This document shows, in pieces, positions 56,484 through 64,000 of a stretch of 64,000 nucleotides of DNA (position 1 is its first letter; each line of letters opens with the position of its first letter). This DNA is from Candidatus Krumholzibacteriia bacterium. GTDB taxonomy: Bacteria > Krumholzibacteriota > Krumholzibacteriia > LZORAL124-64-63. The position numbers were made by a program, and so were the translations under genes. Below the pieces are notes generated by a model, which was given only the letters and a program-made list of their open reading frames with translations, searched no databases and was not told where the DNA came from. The stretch is taken from assembly GCA_050174015.1 (NCBI GenBank), contig JBFXKG010000003.1, forward strand, positions 128,001 to 192,000, written 5' to 3'.

Positions 56484-57983
56484 ATGACTCCGGCCGCTCG
56501 CGCCCTTGCCGCATCGCTCCTGTTCCTGGTCCCGTTCGTCGTCCACGCCGGCGGCGACTCCGCGGCGGTGATCACCTCCGGATCGCTGCTGGCCGACGTC
56601 TCCCTCTTCGCCTCCCCCGAGTGCGCCGGTCGGCTGCCCGGCACCGACGGTTACCGGCTTGCGACGGACCACGCGGCCGCAGTCCTCGCTGAACTGGGGC
56701 TCGAACCGGGCGGCGACGACGGGAGCTGGCTGCAGCACCTGCCCATGGAGGCCAACGTCATCCGGCAGTGCGCCGTGACGGTGACGGACCAGGCCGGAGT
56801 GCCGCAGGACCTGGCGCCGGGGGAGGAGTGCGCGTGCCGGGGTTTCACCGGCAGCGGGAACGTCTCGGGCGAGGTGGTCTTCGTGGGTTACGGCCTGAGC
56901 CTGCCCGACCGCGGGTATGACGACTACGCCGGCGTCGACGTGGCCGGGAAGATCGTCCTGGCCTTCAAGCAGGCCCCGCCCTGGCGGCTGGACGATGGGG
57001 AGGGGTGGGACCGGGCGGATCTGCCGCGGCCCAAGGCCCGCACCGCGCGTGACCACGGGGCGGCCGCCCTGCTGCTCATTTCGCGTCCCAACGACCAGGA
57101 TCCCCAGCCGGTCATCGCCAGCGTTTTGCACGGGCCCGGCGACCACGTGCCCGACCTGCCGGCCGTCCAGATCTCCCTGGAACAGGCGGCCCGCCTGTGC
57201 GCCGGGGGGATGGAGGAACTGAAGGGCCTGCAGGCGGTCATCGACGAGGTCCGCCGGCCGGCGTCCCGCCCTCTGTCCGGCAGGGCTGCGGTCGCCGTCG
57301 AGGCCGACTACGCGCCCGCGGCGGACACCTGGAACGTCGTCGGGGTGCTGCGGGGGACCGATCCCGTCCTGAAGGACGAGGCTGTGGTGGTCGGCGGCCA
57401 CCTGGACCACGTGGGCAGCCAGGGCGAGGTCCTCTGGCCGGGGGCCAACGACAACGCCTCGGGAGCGGCCGCGGTGCTGGGCATCGCCCGCGCCTTCGCC
57501 GCCGAGGCTGCGGCCGGGCGGCCCCCGCGACGCACCGTGGTCTTCGTGCTGTTCGCCGGCGAGGAGCAGGGCCTGCATGGGGCGCGGTTCCATGCGGGAC
57601 ATCCGGTCATCCCGCTGGACCGCACCGCCGCGATGATCAACCTGGACTGCGTGGCCCACGGCGACAGCATCCAGCTGGGGGGCGGCAAGAGCCAGCCCGT
57701 CCTGTGGGATCTGGCCCGGGGCATCGACGCGGACCGGGGGGCGCTCACCATCGCCGCGACCTGGCGAGGGGGCGGGGCCGACGCGGCCCCGTTCTGGGAC
57801 GAGGGGGTGCCCACCCTGTACTTCGCCTCCCGGTACAGCTACACCCACCTGCACCGGCACACCGACACCGTGGAGACGCTCAATCCGGCCCTGTTCGAGG
57901 AACTGGTGCGGCTGGCTTTCCTCACTGCCGCGGAGGTCGCCTCCGGCGAATACGAGCGGGAGGCCATCGTTCCGGAGAGCTGA
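56484..57983 (+). CDS. Exported M28-family metallopeptidase with PA domain
   Basis: VFVGYG..YDDYAGVDVAGKIV (PA domain); GGHLDH, GANDNASG, FAGEEQGL, INLDC, HRHTDT. Confidence 0.9.
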   Translation: MTPAARALAASLLFLVPFVVHAGGDSAAVITSGSLLADVSLFASPECAGRLPGTDGYRLATDHAAAVLAELGLEPGGDDGSWLQHLPMEANVIRQCAVTVTDQAGVPQDLAPGEECACRGFTGSGNVSGEVVFVGYGLSLPDRGYDDYAGVDVAGKIVLAFKQAPPWRLDDGEGWDRADLPRPKARTARDHGAAALLLISRPNDQDPQPVIASVLHGPGDHVPDLPAVQISLEQAARLCAGGMEELKGLQAVIDEVRRPASRPLSGRAAVAVEADYAPAADTWNVVGVLRGTDPVLKDEAVVVGGHLDHVGSQGEVLWPGANDNASGAAAVLGIARAFAAEAAAGRPPRRTVVFVLFAGEEQGLHGARFHAGHPVIPLDRTAAMINLDCVAHGDSIQLGGGKSQPVLWDLARGIDADRGALTIAATWRGGGADAAPFWDEGVPTLYFASRYSYTHLHRHTDTVETLNPALFEELVRLAFLTAAEVASGEYEREAIVPES

Positions 57984-58009
57984 CTTTTTCCCCGTGCCGC
58001 GGGACATTC

Positions 58010-58018
58010 TGGTAAAAT
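58010..58018 (+). promoter_or_regulatory. Extended -10 promoter TGgTAAAAT
   Basis: Lies upstream of the CDS starting at 58099. Confidence 0.45.
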
Positions 58019-58098
58019 GATCTCATCATGACGGGCAGGACAACCGGCCCCTGCTTCCTGCCGCCGGTGACTCCGCCCTGTGATCGGGGGGAAACGCC

Positions 58099-60252
58099 AT
58101 GTCCACCACGCCTGCCGACTCAAGGATGCGCGGACGCGCCGTCCTGTTCTCGACCGTCCTGTGCCTCGGCCTGCTCACCGCCGTTCCGGCCGGGTCGCAG
58201 CCCGTCATCGTCGAATCCGGCTGGACCCTGGTGCGGTCCATCCCCTTCACCGCGCCGATATCGGCCTGCTCCAATCCCGTGGACGGGGCCATCTACGTGG
58301 GCCGCCGCGGTACCTCCACCGACGGCCTCTACCGCATCGACGCCCAGGGCTTCGCCACCCGGATATCGACCGGCAGCAACACCGCGGCAGTCGCCGTTCA
58401 GCCGGATTCGGGTTCGGTCTTCCAGGCCGAGGATTACGGCGGCATCATCTACCGCACCGCACTGGGCGCCACCGGACGGACCACCTGGGTTTCGGGATTC
58501 CATTCCGGCGACGACGATCCCATCGGGATGGCCTTCGCTCCCCCCGATTATTCCGGTGACGTCCTGCTCCCGGGCAAGGCCCTGGTGGTGGACCGGGGGA
58601 ACAGCGGCCCCGACGAGATCTGGACCTGGTCGCCCTTCATCGCCGAGGCCGAGACCCTGCTCCACGCGGACACAGGCCTCCTCATCGATGCGGTGGACGT
58701 GGCGATCGACCGGACGGGCGTCTTCGTCGTCGACACCGGCCTGACCGCTCCCGGCGTGGTCTACGAGGTCGGGGCGGGGGGCTCGCTGACCGTCTTCGCC
58801 ACCTCCGTGGCCCTGCCCGATCCCGCGGGCATCGCCATCGATCCCTGGACGGACGACCTGCTCGTCCTCGACCAGGTCGACGACCGCCTGGTCCGCATCG
58901 GACGGACGGACGGGGTCGTCACCGAGATCGCAACCGGCATCAACTCGTCCCTGGGCTGGGCTGGCGTGGACATCTCGCCCGACGGCAGGTGGCTGCTCCT
59001 CACCTCCAACACCGACGGGATGATCTACCTCCTGGGGCGGTGCGACGCGACGGTGCATCCCGAGCTCGACTGCGACGGGAACGGGATCCACGACACTTGC
59101 GACATCGCCCTGGGCGCCGCCGAGGATTGCAACGCCAACGGAATCCCCGACACCTGCGACCTCGACTCGGGGACGAGCGAGGATTGCGATCTGAACGGGA
59201 TCCCCGACGAGTGTCCCACCTGCCCGCCCGTGGAGGTGGTCTTCGTCATGGACACCTCGACGTCCATGGATGACGAGGCGTCGGCCCTGTGCGCGAACAT
59301 GACCCAGGTCGTCGAGCGGCTCGATGCGGCCGGCCTGACGGTGATGCCGAGCCTGCTGGGAATCTGCGACCTGCCCGGCGGAGCCTACGGCTGCCTGGAG
59401 AACCACGTCACCGCGCTGCTGGGGACCGAGGTGCCGGGTGCGCCTCCGGCCGGGCTGGAGTTCCTGGGCTCGTGTCCGGGCGGGCTCGAGGTCTGCCAGG
59501 AGGACTGGGGCCTGGCCACGGCCGTGGTCGCCGGCCGCTACCCCTGGCGGCCCCGCGGGGAATCGGTCCGGCTGATCGTACCGCTTTCGGACGAGGGGTC
59601 GTGGTGCGGGGACCCGGTCACCGTCAACGACCAGGCGGCGGTCGATCACGCCATCGTGGTGGCGAGGCAGAACAAGGTCGTCGTCTCGCCCATCACCGGG
59701 TCGGGATCGAGCTCCGCCGTGATCGCCCTGGCCCAGACCCTGGCCGATTCCACGGGAGGCATCCGCTTCAGTTCCGCCGTCCCCGCCGCGGATCTCGCCC
59801 AGGGGATCATCGACCTGGTGCTCGAGGCCTGCTTCGCCTTCATCGACTGCAACGGCAACGGAACCCTCGACGCCTGCGACATCTCGGCGGGAACCAGCGA
59901 GGACACCAACGGCAACGGGATACCCGACGAATGCGAGGGCGCCTCGGCGGTGCCCGACGGAGCGCGGGGAGCCCGCCTCTACCGGCTGGACGGCAACTAC
60001 CCCAACCCCTTCAACGCCCTCACGCGTTTCGATTTCGAACTGCTGGCGGACGCGCGGGTGGACCTGCGGGTGTACAGCCTGGACGGCCGGCTGGTCAGGA
60101 CGGTCCTGGCTGCGAACCTGGAACGGGGGCGGCATTCGGTGGCCTGGAACGGCCGGGACGATCGCGGCCGGACCGTGGCCTCCGGCGGGTACTTTTACAG
60201 GTTCCAGGCGGGGGACCAGTCCGAGGTTCGCCGGATGGTCCTCTTGAAGTAG
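58099..60252 (+). CDS. Secreted protein: beta-propeller, DCNxNGIPDxC repeats, vWA domain, FlgD-Ig/T9SS-like CTD
   Basis: PIGMAF/PAGIAID blades; five D(C/T)xxNGxxDxC repeats; MIDAS VFVMDTSTSM; NYPNPFN...WNGRDDRGRTVASGGY. Confidence 0.8.
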   Translation: MSTTPADSRMRGRAVLFSTVLCLGLLTAVPAGSQPVIVESGWTLVRSIPFTAPISACSNPVDGAIYVGRRGTSTDGLYRIDAQGFATRISTGSNTAAVAVQPDSGSVFQAEDYGGIIYRTALGATGRTTWVSGFHSGDDDPIGMAFAPPDYSGDVLLPGKALVVDRGNSGPDEIWTWSPFIAEAETLLHADTGLLIDAVDVAIDRTGVFVVDTGLTAPGVVYEVGAGGSLTVFATSVALPDPAGIAIDPWTDDLLVLDQVDDRLVRIGRTDGVVTEIATGINSSLGWAGVDISPDGRWLLLTSNTDGMIYLLGRCDATVHPELDCDGNGIHDTCDIALGAAEDCNANGIPDTCDLDSGTSEDCDLNGIPDECPTCPPVEVVFVMDTSTSMDDEASALCANMTQVVERLDAAGLTVMPSLLGICDLPGGAYGCLENHVTALLGTEVPGAPPAGLEFLGSCPGGLEVCQEDWGLATAVVAGRYPWRPRGESVRLIVPLSDEGSWCGDPVTVNDQAAVDHAIVVARQNKVVVSPITGSGSSSAVIALAQTLADSTGGIRFSSAVPAADLAQGIIDLVLEACFAFIDCNGNGTLDACDISAGTSEDTNGNGIPDECEGASAVPDGARGARLYRLDGNYPNPFNALTRFDFELLADARVDLRVYSLDGRLVRTVLAANLERGRHSVAWNGRDDRGRTVASGGYFYRFQAGDQSEVRRMVLLK

Positions 60253-60276
60253 GCCCTTCACCCCTCCCGCTCGGCC

Positions 60277-60312
60277 CCGGCCCCGGTCTCACTGCCCGGG
60301 GCCGGTATTTTT
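60277..60312 (+). terminator. Rho-independent terminator
   Basis: CCGGCCCCGG-N9-CCGGGGCCGG-TATTTTT. Confidence 0.75.
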
Positions 60313-60314
60313 CG

Positions 60315-60340
60315 ACAACCCTTTCGGACTTTTGGTCGTC
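60315..60340 (+). promoter_or_regulatory. ECF-type promoter ACAACC-N16-CGTC
   Basis: aCAACCCTTTcggacttttggtCGTCA, matching the motif upstream of the HEAT gene. Confidence 0.65.
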
Positions 60341-60425
60341 ATACCTGGAAAGCGCCGGGCCGTTTCTTATCGGCCGGGGCGCCCTGACTTTCCCCGACGC
60401 CCACGCCATACCCGAAAGGTCATCC

Positions 60426-63116
60426 ATGCGACTCGCTCTGCGCTGCCCCCAGCCGGCCCTCGCGTTCATGGTCCTGTCGTTCCTGATCGCCGGCCCTGCC
60501 GGCGCCGCAGACACCGAAACGGTCTCGGGACCCGGAACGGTGCGGGCGGTCCGTCTGGATGAACCGGTGGTCCTGGACGGTCTGCTCCTCGAGGACGCCT
60601 GGCAGGGGCCCGGGGAATCCCGCCTGGTCCAGAACGATCCCGTCAACGGGGTGGCTCCCCGCCACCGCACCGAGTTCTGGGTGGCGTACGATGACGCCGC
60701 GGTCTTCGTCGCCGCGCGCATGCACGATTCGGCCCCCGACTCCATCGCGGCCCGTCTGGGCCGCCGGGACACCTGGCCCAGCTCCGACTGGATCTACATC
60801 AACCTCGACACCTTCAACGACGACCGCAACGCCTTCTCGTTCTCGATCAATCCTGCAGGAGTGATCGGCGATTCCGCCCTCTACAACGACGGTTGGGGGG
60901 ACTCGACCTGGGACGGGGTCTGGGAGGCGGCCACGAACATCGACGGCCAGGGCTGGACCCTGGAAGTCCGTATCCCCTTTTCCCAGCTGAAATTCCCCGA
61001 CACCGACCAGCAGGTCTGGGGCTTCAACTTCTCGCGGCGCATCCTGCGCTACAACGAACGGGACGACCTGTTCCACCTGCCCCGGGACGAGGCGGGCTAC
61101 GGCCGCCGGTTCCCCGACCTGGTGGGCATCTCAGGCGTCCGGCCGGGCAGCAAGGCCGAGGTCCGTGCCTACGGCCTGCTCAAGGGCGAGGCCCTCAACG
61201 TGGACCCGGGCGATCCCTTCCGTGAGGACCCCCAGCTGAGCGGCAACGCAGGCCTGGACGTCAAGACCGCCCTGTCGAACAACCTGACGATGAACGCCAC
61301 GGTGAACCCCGATTTCGGCCAGGTGGAGGTCGACCCCGCGGTGGTGAACCTCTCGGCCTACGAGACCTTCTTCGAGGAGAAGCGCCCGTTCTTCGTGGAG
61401 GACGCCAACATCTTCCGCTTCGGCGAGGAGGGGACCAGCAGCAACTGGAACTTCAACTGGATGAGCCCGCTGCTGTTCTACAGCCGCCGGGTGGGCCGGT
61501 ATCCCCAGATCGGCATCGAGGGGAGCCCGGATTGGGAGGACGGCCCGCAGTCGACCACCATCCTCGGGGCGACCAAGATCAGCGGCAAGGTGGGGGACAC
61601 CTCGGTCGGGGCCTTCACGGCGTTCACCGCCCGGGAGAAGGCGCACCTTCAGACCGACGGCCGGGAGCACGACCAGGTGGTCGAGCCGTTCACCAACTAC
61701 TCGGTGGTGCGGGCCAAGCACGCCCGTCCCGACGGCAGCCGGGGGCTGGGATTCCTGGCCACCTCAACCGTCCGCAAGCTCGACGACCCGGTCAGCCAGG
61801 CCGAGCTGGACAAGCGGTCGTTCACGGGCGGGATCGACGGCTGGACCCATCTGGACGAGGACGGCGTCTGGGCCCTGAAGGCGTACCTGGCCGGCAGCCA
61901 TGTCACCGGCAGTCCCGAGGCCATCGACGCGTTGCAGACCTCCTCGCGCCACGCCTTCGACCGCCCCGGCGCCGACCACCTTTCCTACGACCCCGGCTCG
62001 ACGACGATGACCGGCTGGCAGGGGCGGGCGGCGGTGAACAAGGAGTCGGGCGACTGGCTGTTCAACTCCGCGGCGGGATACTCCTCGCCCGGTTACGAGA
62101 TCAACGACGTCGGTTTCGCCTACTACACCGACGTGATCAACTGGTCGGTGGTGGGGGGGTACCGCTGGACCGAGCCGAACCGTCTCTTCCGCAACCAGAG
62201 CGTGAATCTGGCGACCTACAAGACCTGGGACACCGGCGGGACGCCGGACAACGGCGGCTTCGGCGCCTGGTACTGGGCCCAGTTCGCCAACTTCTGGAGC
62301 CTGGATGGGATGGTCTTCTTCAACCCGGAGCGCAACGACATCCGCGCCACCCGCGGCGGACCGGTGATGCGGGCGCCCGGCTACCGCGAATTCGACCTGA
62401 ATCTCTCCTCGGACGGCCGGCGCAGCTGGTCGTGGAGCGTCGGAGGAGGAGCCTCCGGGGACGACGCGGGATCCCATTCGGGCTACGGTTCGCTCTCCCT
62501 GGAGGTGCATCCGGTGCAGGCTTTGGGAGTGACCCTGAGCCCGCGTTACCGCTGGTCGCAGGACGAGGCCCAGTATTACGACGTGGTCGCCGATCCGCTG
62601 ATGGAATCCACCTTCGGCAAGCGCTACGTCTTCGCCGACCTGGAATACCGGCAGTTCTCCCTGGAGACGCGCATCGACTGGACCTTCACGCCGAAGCTCA
62701 CCCTGCAGACCTACGTCCAGCCGTTGTTCGCCTCCGGCGACTACAGCGACCTGAAGGAACTGGCCCGCCCCGGCACCTTCGACTTCAACCGCTACGGGCA
62801 GGACGGAGGCTCGACGCTGGTCTACGACCCCCAGGGCGACGCCGACAACCCGTACCTGGTGACCCCTCCGGGCGGGTCCGGAGCCGACGCCTTCCGCCTG
62901 GCCGACCAGGACTTCAACTTCAAGTCCCTGAAGATCAACCTCGTGCTGCGGTGGGAGTATGCCGCAGGCAGCACCTTCTTCTTCGTATGGACCCAGGACC
63001 GGGCGAACCTGGACGACCCCGGACGGTTCGACCTGGGTCGCGACGTGCGCTCCCTGCTGGACGCCCCCGGCGAAGACATCTTCATGGTGAAGGTGTCGCA
63101 GTACTTCTCGCTGTGA
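60426..63116 (+). CDS. CBM9-like plus DUF5916-like outer-membrane protein
   Basis: VLDGLLLEDAW, GWTLEVRIPFSQL, TVNPDFGQVEVD, FFEEKRPFFVE, LFYSRRVG; barrel-like end NLVLRWEY...KVSQYFSL. Confidence 0.8.
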   Translation: MRLALRCPQPALAFMVLSFLIAGPAGAADTETVSGPGTVRAVRLDEPVVLDGLLLEDAWQGPGESRLVQNDPVNGVAPRHRTEFWVAYDDAAVFVAARMHDSAPDSIAARLGRRDTWPSSDWIYINLDTFNDDRNAFSFSINPAGVIGDSALYNDGWGDSTWDGVWEAATNIDGQGWTLEVRIPFSQLKFPDTDQQVWGFNFSRRILRYNERDDLFHLPRDEAGYGRRFPDLVGISGVRPGSKAEVRAYGLLKGEALNVDPGDPFREDPQLSGNAGLDVKTALSNNLTMNATVNPDFGQVEVDPAVVNLSAYETFFEEKRPFFVEDANIFRFGEEGTSSNWNFNWMSPLLFYSRRVGRYPQIGIEGSPDWEDGPQSTTILGATKISGKVGDTSVGAFTAFTAREKAHLQTDGREHDQVVEPFTNYSVVRAKHARPDGSRGLGFLATSTVRKLDDPVSQAELDKRSFTGGIDGWTHLDEDGVWALKAYLAGSHVTGSPEAIDALQTSSRHAFDRPGADHLSYDPGSTTMTGWQGRAAVNKESGDWLFNSAAGYSSPGYEINDVGFAYYTDVINWSVVGGYRWTEPNRLFRNQSVNLATYKTWDTGGTPDNGGFGAWYWAQFANFWSLDGMVFFNPERNDIRATRGGPVMRAPGYREFDLNLSSDGRRSWSWSVGGGASGDDAGSHSGYGSLSLEVHPVQALGVTLSPRYRWSQDEAQYYDVVADPLMESTFGKRYVFADLEYRQFSLETRIDWTFTPKLTLQTYVQPLFASGDYSDLKELARPGTFDFNRYGQDGGSTLVYDPQGDADNPYLVTPPGGSGADAFRLADQDFNFKSLKINLVLRWEYAAGSTFFFVWTQDRANLDDPGRFDLGRDVRSLLDAPGEDIFMVKVSQYFSL

Positions 63117-63121
63117 AGGAG

Positions 63122-64000
63122 TCAGAGCGCAAGGATGGCGACGGCAAGCAGGGCGGCCCCGGCGGCCGCCCCGCCCGGGCCCCACAGGGGGATCAGCACC
63201 AGGCCCGCCGTCAGCGAGCCCAGGGCGCTGCCCGCCAGGTCGGCGGCGATCAGCGGCGAAGCCGTCCGCCCGGGTGAGGTCCCCTGCGCCCGGCCCAGCA
63301 GGGCGAACGCCCAGCCCACAGCAGCGGCGCCGAGCATCAGCGTCGCACCGGCGGCGGGCAACGAGTCCAGCAGGCCGCGCTCCATCGCCCACCACGCCGC
63401 CAGGGCCGCCGCGGCGAGGCACACTGCCGGTCCCCGGATCCGGCCGGCGAAGGCGTCGGTCCCGCGCGCCCCCGCCGCCGACCCCAGGGCCATCCCCAGC
63501 ATGAACAGGCAGAGCAGCAGGCCCAGGTCCTGGTAGAGGGCGCCGACGCGGACCTGGAAGTCCATCAGGACCGCGGCTTCCAGGGCCATCCCGGCGGCGC
63601 CGATCGCGCCCATGGCCGCCCCGAGCCGCACCCGGGGATGCCGCCTGGCGAACCGGGCGACCACCGCCCAGGCGGCTGCGACCGCCCAGGTCCAGGGCGA
63701 CCGGATGAAGTCCGCGGCGGTGAGGGACCCCGCCTCGACCCAGCCCACCTCCGGCCGGAACCGCGCAAACCACAGCAGCAGGGTGTGGCGGAAGCAGGCT
63801 GGCCGGGCGTCGGTGTTGGCGGAAACCTCGGCGGATGCCAGCAAGGAATCCATCTCCGCGAACCGGTCGTTGCCGTAGAGGTATTCCAGATAGGCGGGAC
63901 TGATCAATCGGGTCTTCGTCCCGCGGGCCGTGAGCCGCTCGGCCGGGGTGGCGGCGTCGCGCGCCAGCGGTGCGGCCGAAGCCAGGAACACGTCGACGGA
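63122..64000 (-). CDS. C-terminal part of a multi-TM membrane protein, probably a fused spermidine-synthase-like/MFS-like protein (5' end outside the window)
   Basis: NTDARP motif followed by TM helices with GALYQDLGLL, FMLGMALGS, ADLAGSALGS. Confidence 0.6.
   Translation of the reverse strand, partial: SVDVFLASAAPLARDAATPAERLTARGTKTRLISPAYLEYLYGNDRFAEMDSLLASAEVSANTDARPACFRHTLLLWFARFRPEVGWVEAGSLTAADFIRSPWTWAVAAAWAVVARFARRHPRVRLGAAMGAIGAAGMALEAAVLMDFQVRVGALYQDLGLLLCLFMLGMALGSAAGARGTDAFAGRIRGPAVCLAAAALAAWWAMERGLLDSLPAAGATLMLGAAAVGWAFALLGRAQGTSPGRTASPLIAADLAGSALGSLTAGLVLIPLWGPGGAAAGAALLAVAILAL

Noticed and set aside
46554..57983. Very long ORFs (2027 aa, 1687 aa) and many Arg/Pro/Gly-rich overlapping ORFs throughout the window
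   Set aside because: These are stop-poor alternative frames typical of high GC; the real genes begin at internal starts (e.g. 49305, 56484)
58040..58066. CAACC-N16-CGCC upstream of the CDS at 58099
   Set aside because: Lacks the CTTT and CGTC of the other copies; probably chance
59068..59940. Periodic gactgc/aacgg repeats
   Set aside because: These are protein-level DCNxNG repeats, not a CRISPR array (no constant repeat with unique spacers, no cas genes)

Overview
This is a GC-rich (about 70% by eye) diderm bacterial window. Several proteins carry FlgD-Ig/T9SS-like C-terminal domains (CTDs), and there is a PorV/PorQ-like gene, which suggests an FCB-group lineage such as Krumholzibacteriota/Latescibacterota (inference). 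In order, the window holds: (1) a sulfate ABC operon (sbp-cysTWA); (2) a HEAT-repeat gene; (3) two tandem TetR paralogues and a TolC-MFP-RND pump with a double palindromic operator; (4) a module of a large CTD surface protein, a membrane-anchored TPR-CHAT caspase-like protease, an ECF sigma and a ZAS anti-sigma, tied together by a shared promoter motif; (5) a pfkB-family kinase; (6) a PstS-like/TPR/ExbB/ExbD/ExbD/TonB operon; (7) a ~29 kb putative beta-1,2-glucan utilisation locus (two GH144-like enzymes, sugar ABC, unknown discoidin-(alpha/alpha)6 enzyme, SGNH esterase, GH1, GH94, LacI, CBM9-like protein, TonB-dependent receptor, large CTD protein, PorV-like barrel, short-tail secreted protein) with three LacI-type operators, interrupted by a low-GC single-gene island; (8) an M28 peptidase, a propeller/vWA CTD protein, a DUF5916-like protein and a partial membrane-protein gene. 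No rRNA, tRNA, CRISPR array or transposase was seen. All family assignments come from recognising motifs by eye, not from database searches.
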